Shown: positions 1 to 10,370, counted from the first letter of the stretch. The stretch is 32,858 bases of DNA from Octopus sinensis (GCF_006345805.1 NW_021832753.1:1-32858), one strand, 5' to 3'. The notes: generated by a model from the sequence alone, not told the origin. Numbers and translations: made by a program.

Positions 1-310
1 TACTACCTACTACTACTACTGCTTCTGATGCCGCTTCTGCTGCCGCTTCTTGTCAGTGTTGTATCTGAAGACAATGGTGTTTGTTGGGATGGTGATGACA
101 CTGATGATGATAATGATGACGACGACGACTACGATGATGAAGTTGATGGTAGCAGCGGTTGTTGTTATTGTTGTTAAGATGCCGCCGTCCTAACTACTCA
201 ACTACCCACCAACCGCAGCATACGCAGGATCATAGGAATTCCAGCTGTGACCATCCAGTATTCTTTTTTTAGCGAATATACGTAGGACTACCGTTATCTA
301 ACGTCTTTTG

Positions 311-372
311 TGTGTATATGTGTATATATATGTGTGTGTATGTGTGTGTATGTGTGTGTATGTGTGTGTGTA

Positions 373-410
<38 letters not shown>
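311..410. repeat. (GT)n/(GTAT)n microsatellite
   Basis: Directly visible tandem repeat; source of the CVCV-type ORF 312..533. Confidence 0.95.
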
Positions 411-414
<4 letters not shown>

Positions 415-1008
415 ATTTGAGGATGATATATGTAAACGCTGGTCGAACGACCTACCTAAGCAGCCCCATCTTTGGCTCCAAGCTTACCCCCAGCTGCTGT
501 CAGCCACGGACAACTATGAACAATGACAACTGACTATCACCAATCACATGAAGGGTCTTCACAATGACAATAAACGAAATTGAAGATACAACCACCACCA
601 CCACCACCACCACAACAACAACAACAACAACAACAGCCACCGCCACTACCACAACCACTAGAAATGACAGCCAGATCTTACTCAAATCAGACATTATGAT
701 CTTAAAATAGAAAATCGACAATAGAAATTCATCCTAGATATCTTTCCAAAGACGGGGGTGGGGTGAGGAATCACTGGAGTTAACGAGGACGATGACAGCG
801 AGGACGATGACGGCGAGGACGATGACGACGATGACAACAATACTACATAAACATGAATTTCTCCACCGCCGACGTCACCACCACCACCACCACCATTAGA
901 AACATAAAAGAACAATAAGGGGAACGATAAGAGCGCAGTTTTCGGCAATGTTTGAAAAAACCACAATCAACCGCTTCCACAACAAACACGACAAAGACAA
1001 CGTCCTCT

Positions 1009-1049
<41 letters not shown>

Positions 1050-1102
1050 AACCACGATAGCATTACGAATATTGTTATATTGTCAGAATTAAGAGCCTCG
1101 GT

Positions 1103-1240
1103 TGGTCGGTGAGCTGGCAGAAGCGTCAGAGCGCCGGACAAAATGCTTGGCTGCATTGCCTCGTTCTGTGTTCAAATTCCGCCGAGGTGCCACTTTGTCT
1201 TTTGCCTTTCAGCATCGATAAAATAAGTACCAGTTGAGCA
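1103..1240 (+). mobile_element. Family A tRNA-derived SINE, 3'-truncated copy
   Basis: GAGCTGGCAGAAGCG (A-box-like), GTTCAAATTCCGCCGAGG (B-box) and GATAAAATAAGTACCAGTTGAG match the copy at 26580-26790. Confidence 0.8.
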
Positions 1241-1284
1241 AGGATTTCAGGGCTTATGTGTCTATAGGAATATAAACGTCTTTA

Positions 1285-1480
1285 CAACTAGGCACAGCGC
1301 TAGAAATCTCGGAGTAAGTTTTAGTCGATTAAATCAATCCCAATGTCTCACTGGTACATTATTTTATCATCTTGAAAAGGCTGAAAGGCAAACCTGGCCG
1401 AGGAAGGGATCGAATGCTAGATATAACTGAAGATCTCTCACGAAATGTCTCAAGGCATTTTTGCCGACAATCTAAGATAT
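1285..1480 (-). mobile_element. Family A SINE, degenerate copy
   Basis: CTCACTGGTACATTATTTTATC and GAAAGGCAAA match the reverse complement of family A body motifs. Confidence 0.6.
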
Positions 1481-1906
1481 TTCTCCCTAATGTTGTTGTT
1501 ACGGAAGCAACAAGAACATTGCTTTAATTATGACAATTACCAATAATTACTAAAACACAAGTTATATATGCAATAGAAAAAAAAACATAAACAAAACCAT
1601 TGAACAGAAACAGTATTAAAGACACGGTTGTATATATATATATATGTGCGTGTGTATATAGATTGAGAAATACAGATAGATAGATAAATAAATAATTACA
1701 AACATGCTTATAAAATATGTGTGTGTGTGTGTGTGTCTGTTTGCATTTCATTAGAAGTTTTGAAAAAAGTTGGATGGATTACGACAGTAAGAAAATAATT
1801 AAAATTGAATTTAGTAGCCAATTGGATAAGAAATAATTAAAAATAACGACCACACAAACAAGAACAACATGACAATAACAAACCTTACTGGTAAACCACA
1901 AAAGCA

Positions 1907-1954
<48 letters not shown>

Positions 1955-2007
1955 AAGCATGAACGAAGATAAAAACCAAAATGCTATTTTGTTAATCTAA
2001 ATATTAT

Positions 2008-2040
<33 letters not shown>

Positions 2041-2531
2041 TAACGGTAATGCCTACAATAACAGCCACTGCTGCACTAATGCAAGAATGGTGTGGCAAAA
2101 AAAAAAATTAATAATAAATAAATAAAATGCAAAGAACAAATATTTAGTTTTTTTTTTAGGAAAAGAAAGAAAAAATAAGTTATAGGAAAAGAAATGCAGA
2201 AATAATTAAGAATCAATTATTCTGGAGTCAACAACAACAACAACAACAACGAAACCAGTGTCTGCAACAATAACTACAAACGCAGCTGCAGGAATTGCAA
2301 GGGGGAAATAAAAAAATTAAAAAAGAATAAAACAGAAACAAACAAACAAAACAAATGCAGCAACAGTTTCTACTGATTACTATAACCACCACCACCACCA
2401 CCACCACCACCACCACCACCACCACCACCATCGCCACACCCACCTCTACCATCATCGTCATCCACAATTCTACCATCGTCCACTTCTTCCTCCACCTCCT
2501 CCTCATTATCATCGTCGTCATGTTCCTTACC

Positions 2532-2563
<32 letters not shown>

Positions 2564-2975
2564 GGGTTCAACCCCACCGCAAAACCCAATCAACGGGTAC
2601 CCGATTTTTGTCAAGTTTCTTTAACCTGTCAACATCTCGAATCAGTTATGACTTTCGAGATTGTTGTTGTTGTTGTCGATGATACTATTATTGATTTCCT
2701 TGTTTCTTACTTTCTTTTTTTTTGTAGTGTTTGGCTTTAAATTCTATTTTTTTATCCAAGTTACCTAAAACAGCGATTTTCTTAATATTTTTTAGCATTT
2801 GTGTTTGTAAATTTCAATTACTATGATTTATTTCAAGTTTTTTTTATTGTTATTTTTTTTAGAAACGTTTCCTAAGATTCTGTTCCAAACATTTTAATTA
2901 GATTTTAATTAAAATAAATAATTTAAAAACAATCATATATATATCATAAATACATATATATACATACATAAATAC

Positions 2976-3013
<38 letters not shown>

Positions 3014-3419
3014 ATGCGTGTGTTGATATATATATATGTATTTGTATATGCACGACTTTTTCTTGTTTTTTCTTAACCCATCATATTTAACGCCCCCCCC
3101 CCCACTCCTTGCCCCCCCCCCGTCTTAATCATATAACATCGACTGCTTACAACTCCGCTTTGAATCTCTCCTAACTTTCGTCTTCTTCTTCTCCTGCTTG
3201 TTCTCATTCTAATGTCAACACCACCACCACCACCACTTCACCTTAGTCCTCCTCCTACTTCTCCCAGTCTTTCTTCAACCACCTTTATTTACTTATTTAT
3301 TTATTTATTTATTTATTTTCTGTCTTTCGCTAATCTTTTTCTTTTAAATTCTCAGGGAGAGATTGTATCCCTTTTTATTTACCTATTCATTTTGACTCTT
3401 ATTTTTTTTTGCTGCTACT

Positions 3420-3590
3420 ACTGTTGTTGTTGCTTTTATTATTATTATTATTATTATGACTATCATCATCATCATCATCAACACCATGAACATTATCATC
3501 TTCATCATCATTATCATCATCGTCAAGGTGATATGGATGATGATGATGATGATCATCATCATCATCATCATCATCATCATTGTTATTATT
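3420..3590. repeat. Compound (TTG)/(ATT)/(CAT)/(GAT) microsatellite
   Basis: Directly visible; source of the poly-Y/H/D/M/I ORFs. Confidence 0.9.
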
Positions 3591-4049
3591 TAAAACAAAT
3601 TTATCTTTACTTTTACCGCCATTACTTGAAGTTGAGCAAACATCCGAAATCTTATCGTTAGTTCCCTCGCCCATCTCGCTATGAACTTACTTCTCTGAGA
3701 TTTCACAGCATCCATCTTCGCCCTTCCATTTCTTCCTTTCCCATCTTCAGAGCCAAGACTACAGCAAAAACCAACAACAAAATGGCAACAATAAATAAAT
3801 AAAAAGGGAAAGTCATTTACGAGTCTTTCCCATCTGCCTTATCTGCCACCTCACTACCCCTGCTACTAATGTTGACAAGACCATCGCCACCAGCTATAAT
3901 CTATACTCTTTTTACTATTTTACTCGTTTAAGTCATACGGCTGTGGTCATGCTGCAGCACCACCATATATATACTGGTAATATTTTTTTTTTATATATAA
4001 CTATGTGTATAACGAAAGATACTGGTGCGCTCGATTGATAACAACTTAT

Positions 4050-4053
4050 ATAT

Positions 4054-4111
<58 letters not shown>

Positions 4112-4320
4112 TGTGTGTGTGTGTGCATGTGCGCGCGCGTGTTTCCCCCCCCCCATCGCTTGACAACTGTCTCCGTAACTTAGCGGTTCGGCAAAAAGAG
4201 CCCCGATAGAGTAAGTACTAGGCTTACAAAGAATAAGTCCTCGGGTAGATTTGCTCGACTAAAGGCGGTACCTCAGCATGGCCGCAGTCCAATGACTGAA
4301 ACAAAAAAAGAATAAAAGAA
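4050..4320 (+). mobile_element. Family B SINE: internal (GT)n plus 3' half
   Basis: GTAACTTAGCGGTTCGGCAAAA (4175-4196) is identical to the reverse complement of 4992-5013; the shared 3' end CAGCATGGCCGCAGTC-N4-GACTGAAAC is followed by an A-rich tail. Confidence 0.8.
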
Positions 4321-4454
4321 TATATATATATATATATATATATATAATACATATATATATACATATAATATATATTATATATATATTATATATATATATA
4401 GCGGTGGTGCCCCAGCATGGCCGCGGCCTTCGGATAAACATCTTAAGGATTTAA

Positions 4455-4509
<55 letters not shown>

Positions 4510-4861
4510 TAAATAGATAGATATATGTTGTGTGTGGTGTGGGGGGGGGGACATTGGTATGAAACCTTATATAGTTACATAGTTGGTATAAGTGGTAATT
4601 GTTTCCTGAAGAGTGGGAACGAGAAACTTGGAATAGCAACTCTCACAGATTTACCCGGCAAGTAACTTGAGCATCGCATAGTATTTGTTTTGATTGTTGA
4701 TACAAAGAACAAAAGAGTTCAGGAGAGATGAGAACATTTGCCGTTGCTGTTGGTGTTATTGTTGTTGTTGTTGTTGTTGTTACTTTGTATCACAGAACCA
4801 CATGGGAAACTTCAGGGAGTTTAGCTCTTATTCCTAGCAGACATTGAAAATGTTTCCTATA

Positions 4862-5268
4862 TCTTTTATCTTTTATTTGTTTCAGTCATTAGACTGCTGC
4901 CATGCTGGAGCAATGCCTTGAAGAATGTATAGACGAATATATCAACCCTATTACTTTTTTTAAGGCTGGTACTTACTTATTCTATCGATCGTTTTGCCGA
5001 ACCGCTAAGTTACAGGGACATAACCACACAAACACCGACTGTCAAGCGGTAGAGAGGGGGACAAACAAAAACACACACATACCACACACTTATATGTACA
5101 TACGACGGGATTCTTTTAGCTTCCGTCGACAAAATCTACTCAAAAGGCTTTAGTCGGTTCAAGTCTATAGTAGAAGACACCTGCCCAAGGTGCCACACAG
5201 TAGGACTGAACCTGGAACCATGTTGTTAAGAAGCAAATTTCTTACTACACAGCCATATCTGCGCCTAT
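4862..5268 (-). mobile_element. Family B SINE, full length (tRNA head, CORE-like block, internal microsatellite, 3' module)
   Basis: Minus strand: TGGCTGTGTAGTAAG (A-box-like), GGTTCCAGGTTCAGTCC (B-box-like), GGCACCTTGGGCAGGTGTCTT (resembles the CORE-SINE motif), then the same 3' half as 4140-4320. Confidence 0.85.
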
Positions 5269-5539
5269 GTAACTTATATAATTTCTTATACATAGACGCA
5301 CACGCGCGCGCTCACACACATATGAATAGTACAAGATATATAGATTCAGAGAATCGAGTGGCTCTCACTAAAAGCTCATCTTACAGATTCGGCTATCAGT
5401 TCACATAATAATTAACTATAAAGAAGTGTAATGCAGAGCGACCATATGACTGGAAGTTCAGATGATGCGATCGATGAAGATATTTCATGAACTGTAAGAC
5501 CATTAAATCAGGAGTATAGAAGTGAAATTATTTTTAACT

Positions 5540-5769
5540 ATGTGACATCCATAGACTTATGGCTGTTTTGCAAACTTCTTCATTTATTATTAATTTCAGT
5601 ATGCAAGAAATTATTCATATATGTTTATATAAATATATACGCCCAGTATAATACAACTGTATTTTATAATACATATTAAAGTAAACATATACGCATAATT
5701 TCTTGCTTACTGAAATTAATAATAAATGAAGATGTTTGCAAAACGGCCGTAAGACTATGGATGTCACAT
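5540..5769. mobile_element. Foldback / MITE-like element with ~88-bp inverted arms
   Basis: 5540-5627 pairs with 5682-5769 (ATGTGACATCCATAG...CATATATGTTTA against its reverse complement) with few mismatches; ~54-nt spacer. Confidence 0.85.
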
Positions 5770-5833
5770 GTTTAAATAAATATAGATTCACCTCCCATAC
5801 CTTCTAACTTTATGATTATATGTGTGCGTGTAC

Positions 5834-5866
<33 letters not shown>

Positions 5867-6121
5867 TGTGTATGTGCGTATATATCTGTGTGTAACTGCG
5901 TTGGTGTTCTCAATGGAGGTGAACTCTGCCAGCATCTTTTCAATCCAATATTGTTAAACTTAAGGCACATACGTCTCTGACGATTTCACTATAAGCATTA
6001 ATTATAGAATTTACATTATGTAAATAGTAATTACTTTATGTGAAAAACGTACGAAAAAGGGTGCTATCAACCATAATCGGTTACGCCTGTGTTGTTACAT
6101 ATATATATATTTGCTTGTACG

Positions 6122-6160
<39 letters not shown>

Positions 6161-6162
<2 letters not shown>

Positions 6163-6409
6163 AATGCGCCCTTTTAAAGCCTAGCCAGGCTCATGGGCCG
6201 GTTTCTCGGTTTCAATGGCGTATGTGTTCCCCAGCTGGACAGGACGCCAGACCAACGCAGCGTTACTCATTTTTGCCAGCTGAGTGGACTGGATCAACTT
6301 GAAATGAAGTGTTTTGCTCAAGAACACAACGCATCGCACGGTCCAGGAATCGAAACCACAATCTTACGATCATGATGCTGATACCCTAACCACTATGCCA
6401 CGCGCCTCC
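6161..6409 (-). mobile_element. Third SINE family: tRNA head + CORE-like block + V/Meta-like domain
   Basis: Minus strand: GGAGGCGCGTGGCATAGTGGTTAGG (A box), GGTTTCGATTCC (B box), TTCTTGAGCAAAACACTTCATTTC, CTGGCGTCCTGTCCAG...GAAACCG; (TA)n at the 3' end. Confidence 0.8.
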
Positions 6410-6774
6410 ACACACACACACACACATATATGGAGAGAGATAGAAAGAGGGAGAGAGAGGTATTTTAAAGACGTGTGTTCGAGGAGCAGTTTATGGGAGT
6501 GCTCAATAAACTCACATAAAAAGAATCTATTGATTCACAACGTAATGAATGTAAGCAGCATCATGAAGAATATAAAAGCCAAGAAATACGTCTTAAAATA
6601 TATATTTAGATCCTTGAATGTAAACTTCATTTTCATAGATAAGAATTAGTTTTCATTGGTGGGAAACGAACTTTATTCAGTGGTACATGTACACACATAT
6701 ACAAACATACATCCATACAAACATATATACGTGCAAGTATGCATACAAAATACATGTCCACATACAATCCTATG

Positions 6775-6836
6775 CATATATATATATATGTGTGTGTGTG
6801 TGGTGTGTGTGTGTGGTGTGTGTGTATGTATGTATG

Positions 6837-6903
<67 letters not shown>
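6775..6903. repeat. Compound (GT)n-(GTAT)n-(TA)n microsatellite
   Basis: Directly visible. Confidence 0.95.
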
Positions 6904-6906
<3 letters not shown>

Positions 6907-7526
6907 CTACATGCATTCATATGTACATACGCGTAAGCAAGTTTACTTGTGAGTAGTGTACGTGTGCTTGCATATGTGTGCGTGTGTAAGCTTTCAGCAT
7001 ATGAAGACTCAAGATGTAATAAGACTATGTATTCTTTGCTTGCATTAAAAGAAACAAAGAAGTCATTATGTGATCTGTGTAATTTCCGTCTATGTTGACC
7101 TCGCAGGTTCATTCTCAAGAAAATTGATGCGATCGCAGCAGAAATCAAGGGAAGAGCCTTGTACAATTCCCATCCTAGTCATGAACAACAGACCTGTCAC
7201 AATCACAAGAAATATGAGGTTTCAAAATCCCTGATCCTTAGTGATAGTAACTGTATAAATTATATAAAACTGAAAGACTACATTTCATCTTCAAGAATAA
7301 AATCATCTTTTCTGCTCGTTTTTCGTTGGTGACAGGATCCTTAGCCAACTCCTCCTTGGCTAGATATGGCTGCTTCGAATCAGCTTTACCAATTAACGAA
7401 ACTAGGAATCTTCTAAGTTGAGTCAGGACTTTCTAAAAATAGGAGCCTAATCTCTTCCAATATCACACGCATATTCATATATGAATGTAATATATACGTA
7501 TATGTGTGTGTGTGCTGAAATATATA

Positions 7527-7591
<65 letters not shown>

Positions 7592-7601
7592 ATATATATA
7601 T

Positions 7602-8291
7602 TAATATATATAAAACTCAACTTGTGTGTCTGTGTGTGTATCTGTCTGTGTGTCTGTGTGTTTACTTCCCGGCACATCTCCTCCTAGCCAACAAATCGTA
7701 GAACCACCAAAAATGGGTCACTTAAAGTTTAGACGAATGAAAATTGAACTGCGTTATTTCTGTTCCGAAATTCATCTCGCAAGTGCAAAAATCGATAATG
7801 TATTTGTTTAGGCCTTATCCCATGCATTGAATAGTGAACTTTACTCAGTCAGCTGTTTGACGTGAACTTTGTTCATCACGCGTGCAAGCATGCGTAAATT
7901 GCATGAAAAATAAAAAAATCAAGATATAAAAACGAATCGCCGTAAACATTGTAGAAATTCGGCAAAGAAATGAATTTTCGGGATGTGGCCTGGAGGGTTT
8001 TTTCGTATTAATCGTTTGGACTTTGTGAACACATACCAATTGTTTTCATAACATTTTTAACGCTTTGAATTAAATGTGACCATTTTGCATTGAGTCTACA
8101 GTTTGAATCACTTTAACCAAATTTTTGCAGGCCGGATTTTTGATCATCACGATACATCGCCAGCGACACCCTGAAACTCTCCCCTCAAATCCCCGTTGAG
8201 AAATCTATATACATATATAATACTACTTTGAATGTGACTCCTGAGAAAGAGTAAAAGTAATTATCCGATGAACGACGGGTATTACTGCTAG
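7602..8291 (+). mobile_element. Non-autonomous Helitron-like element
   Basis: 5' TATATATAAAA followed by a (GTCT/GT)n tract; 3' end ATCCGATGAACGACGGGTATTACTG-CTAG|T (decayed subterminal hairpin plus CTAG at 8288-8291); no TIR or TSD; (TA)n on both sides. Confidence 0.65.
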
Positions 8292-8338
<47 letters not shown>

Positions 8339-8509
8339 ATATATATATATATATATTTATGTATATATACACACGTATATATTTAACCATACTTACATAT
8401 AAATACATATATAGGCATACATTTATGCACGTATGTGTAGGAGTAAGACGTAAGAAAACAAAAGCAGAACCATCACCGAGAACTACACTAAAGTTACATC
8501 AACACCCAC

Positions 8510-8670
8510 AGGCGGTGGTTCGGCAGACAAAATGCCTTGTGGTATTTAGTCACGGCTTTTTACTTTCAGAGTTCAAGTCCCGCCGAGGTCAACTTTGCCT
8601 TTCATCCATCCGTGTGGGCGATAAAATAAAGTAATAGTTAAGTACTTTGCTCGATTTATATTCCTATAAA
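8510..8670 (+). mobile_element. Family A SINE, degenerate copy
   Basis: GAGTTCAAGTCCCGCCGAGGTCAACTTTGCCTTTCATCC and GATAAAATAAAGTA match family A. Confidence 0.75.
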
Positions 8671-9029
8671 ACATCTGAGATGTAAATGGAATTATAATAG
8701 AAGATATGATTAGAAGACCCTGAACGACAACTGACACCATGCCGTGATCCTTTGTAATTGTGAGTATTACGATACATGGTAGGTGTGTTTCTTTTGAAGG
8801 TGAGTCAATTAGTGAATTGGCATACGAGATGGATACAGAGCAAGTGAGAAAGAGAGAAATAGACAGAGATTACATGTGTACTTGTGTGTGTGGTGGGGGG
8901 AGGACAGATATAGAAACATAGACAGACAAATACATAGGTAACATGTGAGTGTGGGTGTGCGTTTTTATGTGTGTATTTGTATTTTTCTTTATATAGCTAC
9001 ATAAGGAGAACGTAATCAGTACGTAAGTA

Positions 9030-9181
9030 GTAGTAGTAGTAGTAGTGGTGGTGGTGGTGGTGGTGCTGCTGCTGGTAGTAGTGGTAGTGGAGGTGGTTGT
9101 GGTGGTGGTGGTGGTGGTGGTGGTGGTAGAGGAGGTGGTGGTGGTGGTGGTGGTGGTGGTGGTGGTGGTGGTGGTGGTGGT
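9030..9181. repeat. (AGT)n-(GGT)n microsatellite
   Basis: Directly visible; source of the poly-Pro ORF 9016..9303. Confidence 0.95.
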
Positions 9182-9195
9182 ATTTTTACTACAGG

Positions 9196-9595
9196 TAAGG
9201 CCGGATTAAGACCCATCGAGACCCTAAGCATTTCAAAAGATTTTGGTCCCCCCCCCCACCACCAAAGATTATTTAATTCAAAATATAAACAATAACAAAC
9301 CATAAAATATCTTTTTATTTTTCAAAACAAAATAGTAATTGGGAAAATAATGCTTATTTTTGTATTTTTTCCACTTAATTTATGTTTGAAAAGTTTCCTC
9401 CTACATTTTTTGAATCGCAAAGTCTTTGAGCAGATCCTCAAAATCAATCTTAGGTAACACCGAATATTATTTTAGCAAGCCTAAAGTGGTTTCTTTTGTG
9501 CCGTTAACCATTTACCATTCCTGTGGTGCCCCCCTCCTCCTTCCATTATTGCGCTAAGCGCGTGCTTATTTTGCTTAATTGTCAATCCAGCGCTG
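9196..9595 (+). mobile_element. hAT-type MITE, 400 bp
   Basis: 8-bp TSD ACTACAGG (9188-9195) / ACTATAGG (9596-9603); degenerate TIRs TAAGGCCGGATTAA versus CAGCGCTGGATTGA (reverse complement of the right end, 9/14 match); subterminal CTAAGC motifs near both ends. An 8-bp TSD is typical of the hAT superfamily. Confidence 0.75.
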
Positions 9596-9601
9596 ACTAT
9601 A

Positions 9602-9804
9602 GGTACAATAAGGCCTGGAATTTTGTGGCTTTGGAGCTTGTCGATTTCATCAATCCCCAGTACTCAGCTGGTACCTACTTTATTCACCCCGAAGGGATGA
9701 GAAGCGAAATAGATCTCGGCAACTTTTCAAATTAGAGTGTAAAGACGGACAAAATGCGGGCAAGTAGTTTGTTCGGCGTGGTAATGATTGTCAGCTCGCC
9801 GCCT
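9602..9804 (-). mobile_element. Family A SINE, near full length
   Basis: Minus-strand head AAGGCGGCGAGCTGAC and body CCAGCTGAGTACTGGGGATTGATG. Confidence 0.8.
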
Positions 9805-9821
9805 TGTTAATAATGATTTCA

Positions 9822-10005
9822 TGTTTTGGTGCAAGGCCAGCAATTTCAGGACTGGGGATAAGTCGATTACATTGACTCCAGTACTTAATTGGTAATTATT
9901 TTATCGAAGCCCGAAAAAGATGAAAGACAAATTCGACCTTCGCAGTATTTAAACTCAGGACGCGAAGACGAACGGAACGCCGCTAAGAATATGACTCGGC
10001 ATGCT
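9822..10005 (-). mobile_element. Family A SINE in tandem with 9602-9804
   Basis: Same body motifs; on the minus strand its tail GAAATCATTATTA directly abuts the next head. Confidence 0.8.
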
Positions 10006-10034
10006 AGTCAGACACATACAGAAGCACCCACACA

Positions 10035-10122
10035 TACATATGTACATACATGCATACATACATACATACATACATACATACATACATACATACATACATA
10101 CATACATACATACATACATACA
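10035..10122. repeat. (CATA)n microsatellite
   Basis: Directly visible. Confidence 0.95.
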
Positions 10123-10139
10123 CCTGTATGCATGCATGT

Positions 10140-10355
10140 GTGCTGTGTGCGTCTGATGTGGGTCTTTCTGCTAGTGTTTGTAATCCCACCACCTCTGCCT
10201 GACAACTGGGGTTAGTTTGTTTACGTCTCCGTAACGTCGTGGTTCAGCTAAAGAGAGCGATACAATATGTAGCAGGCTTTAGAATGAAGTACTCGGTTAA
10301 AATCCTACAAGGCAGTGCGCCAGCATGACCGCAATCAAGTGATAGAAACACATGT
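10140..10355 (+). mobile_element. Family B SINE 3' half, degenerate
   Basis: TGACAAC...GTTTACGTCTCCGTAAC...GCCAGCATGACCGCAATCAAGTGATAGAAAC aligns by eye to 4160-4302. Confidence 0.65.
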
Positions 10356-10370
10356 AAGATGAAACAATAT

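Noticed and set aside
200-300. Fragments resembling a further octopus repeat family as I recall it (also about 17280-17340 and 29160-29200)
   Set aside because: Support is recollection only; the fragments do not align convincingly to each other within the window.
462-475. 14-mer AGCCCCATCTTTGG also present at 32806-32819
   Set aside because: May mark another interspersed repeat, but the flanks do not align well enough by eye to define an element.
2228-2624. Poly-Thr/Val/Met ORFs on both strands
   Set aside because: (ACC)/(CAT)/(AAC) microsatellites.
3212-3674. 149-aa His/Tyr/Asp-rich ORF and its antisense ORFs
   Set aside because: Compound trinucleotide repeats and (TTTA)n; not a plausible protein.
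6335-6409. Possible tRNA gene on the minus strand
   Set aside because: A and B boxes are present, but the anticodon and acceptor stems do not pair and the sequence continues into a SINE body.
9040-9181. G-quadruplex, Z-DNA or triplex potential of the (GGT)n, (CA)n and (CT)n tracts
   Set aside because: Generic property of such repeats; nothing locus-specific and no adjacent promoter evidence.
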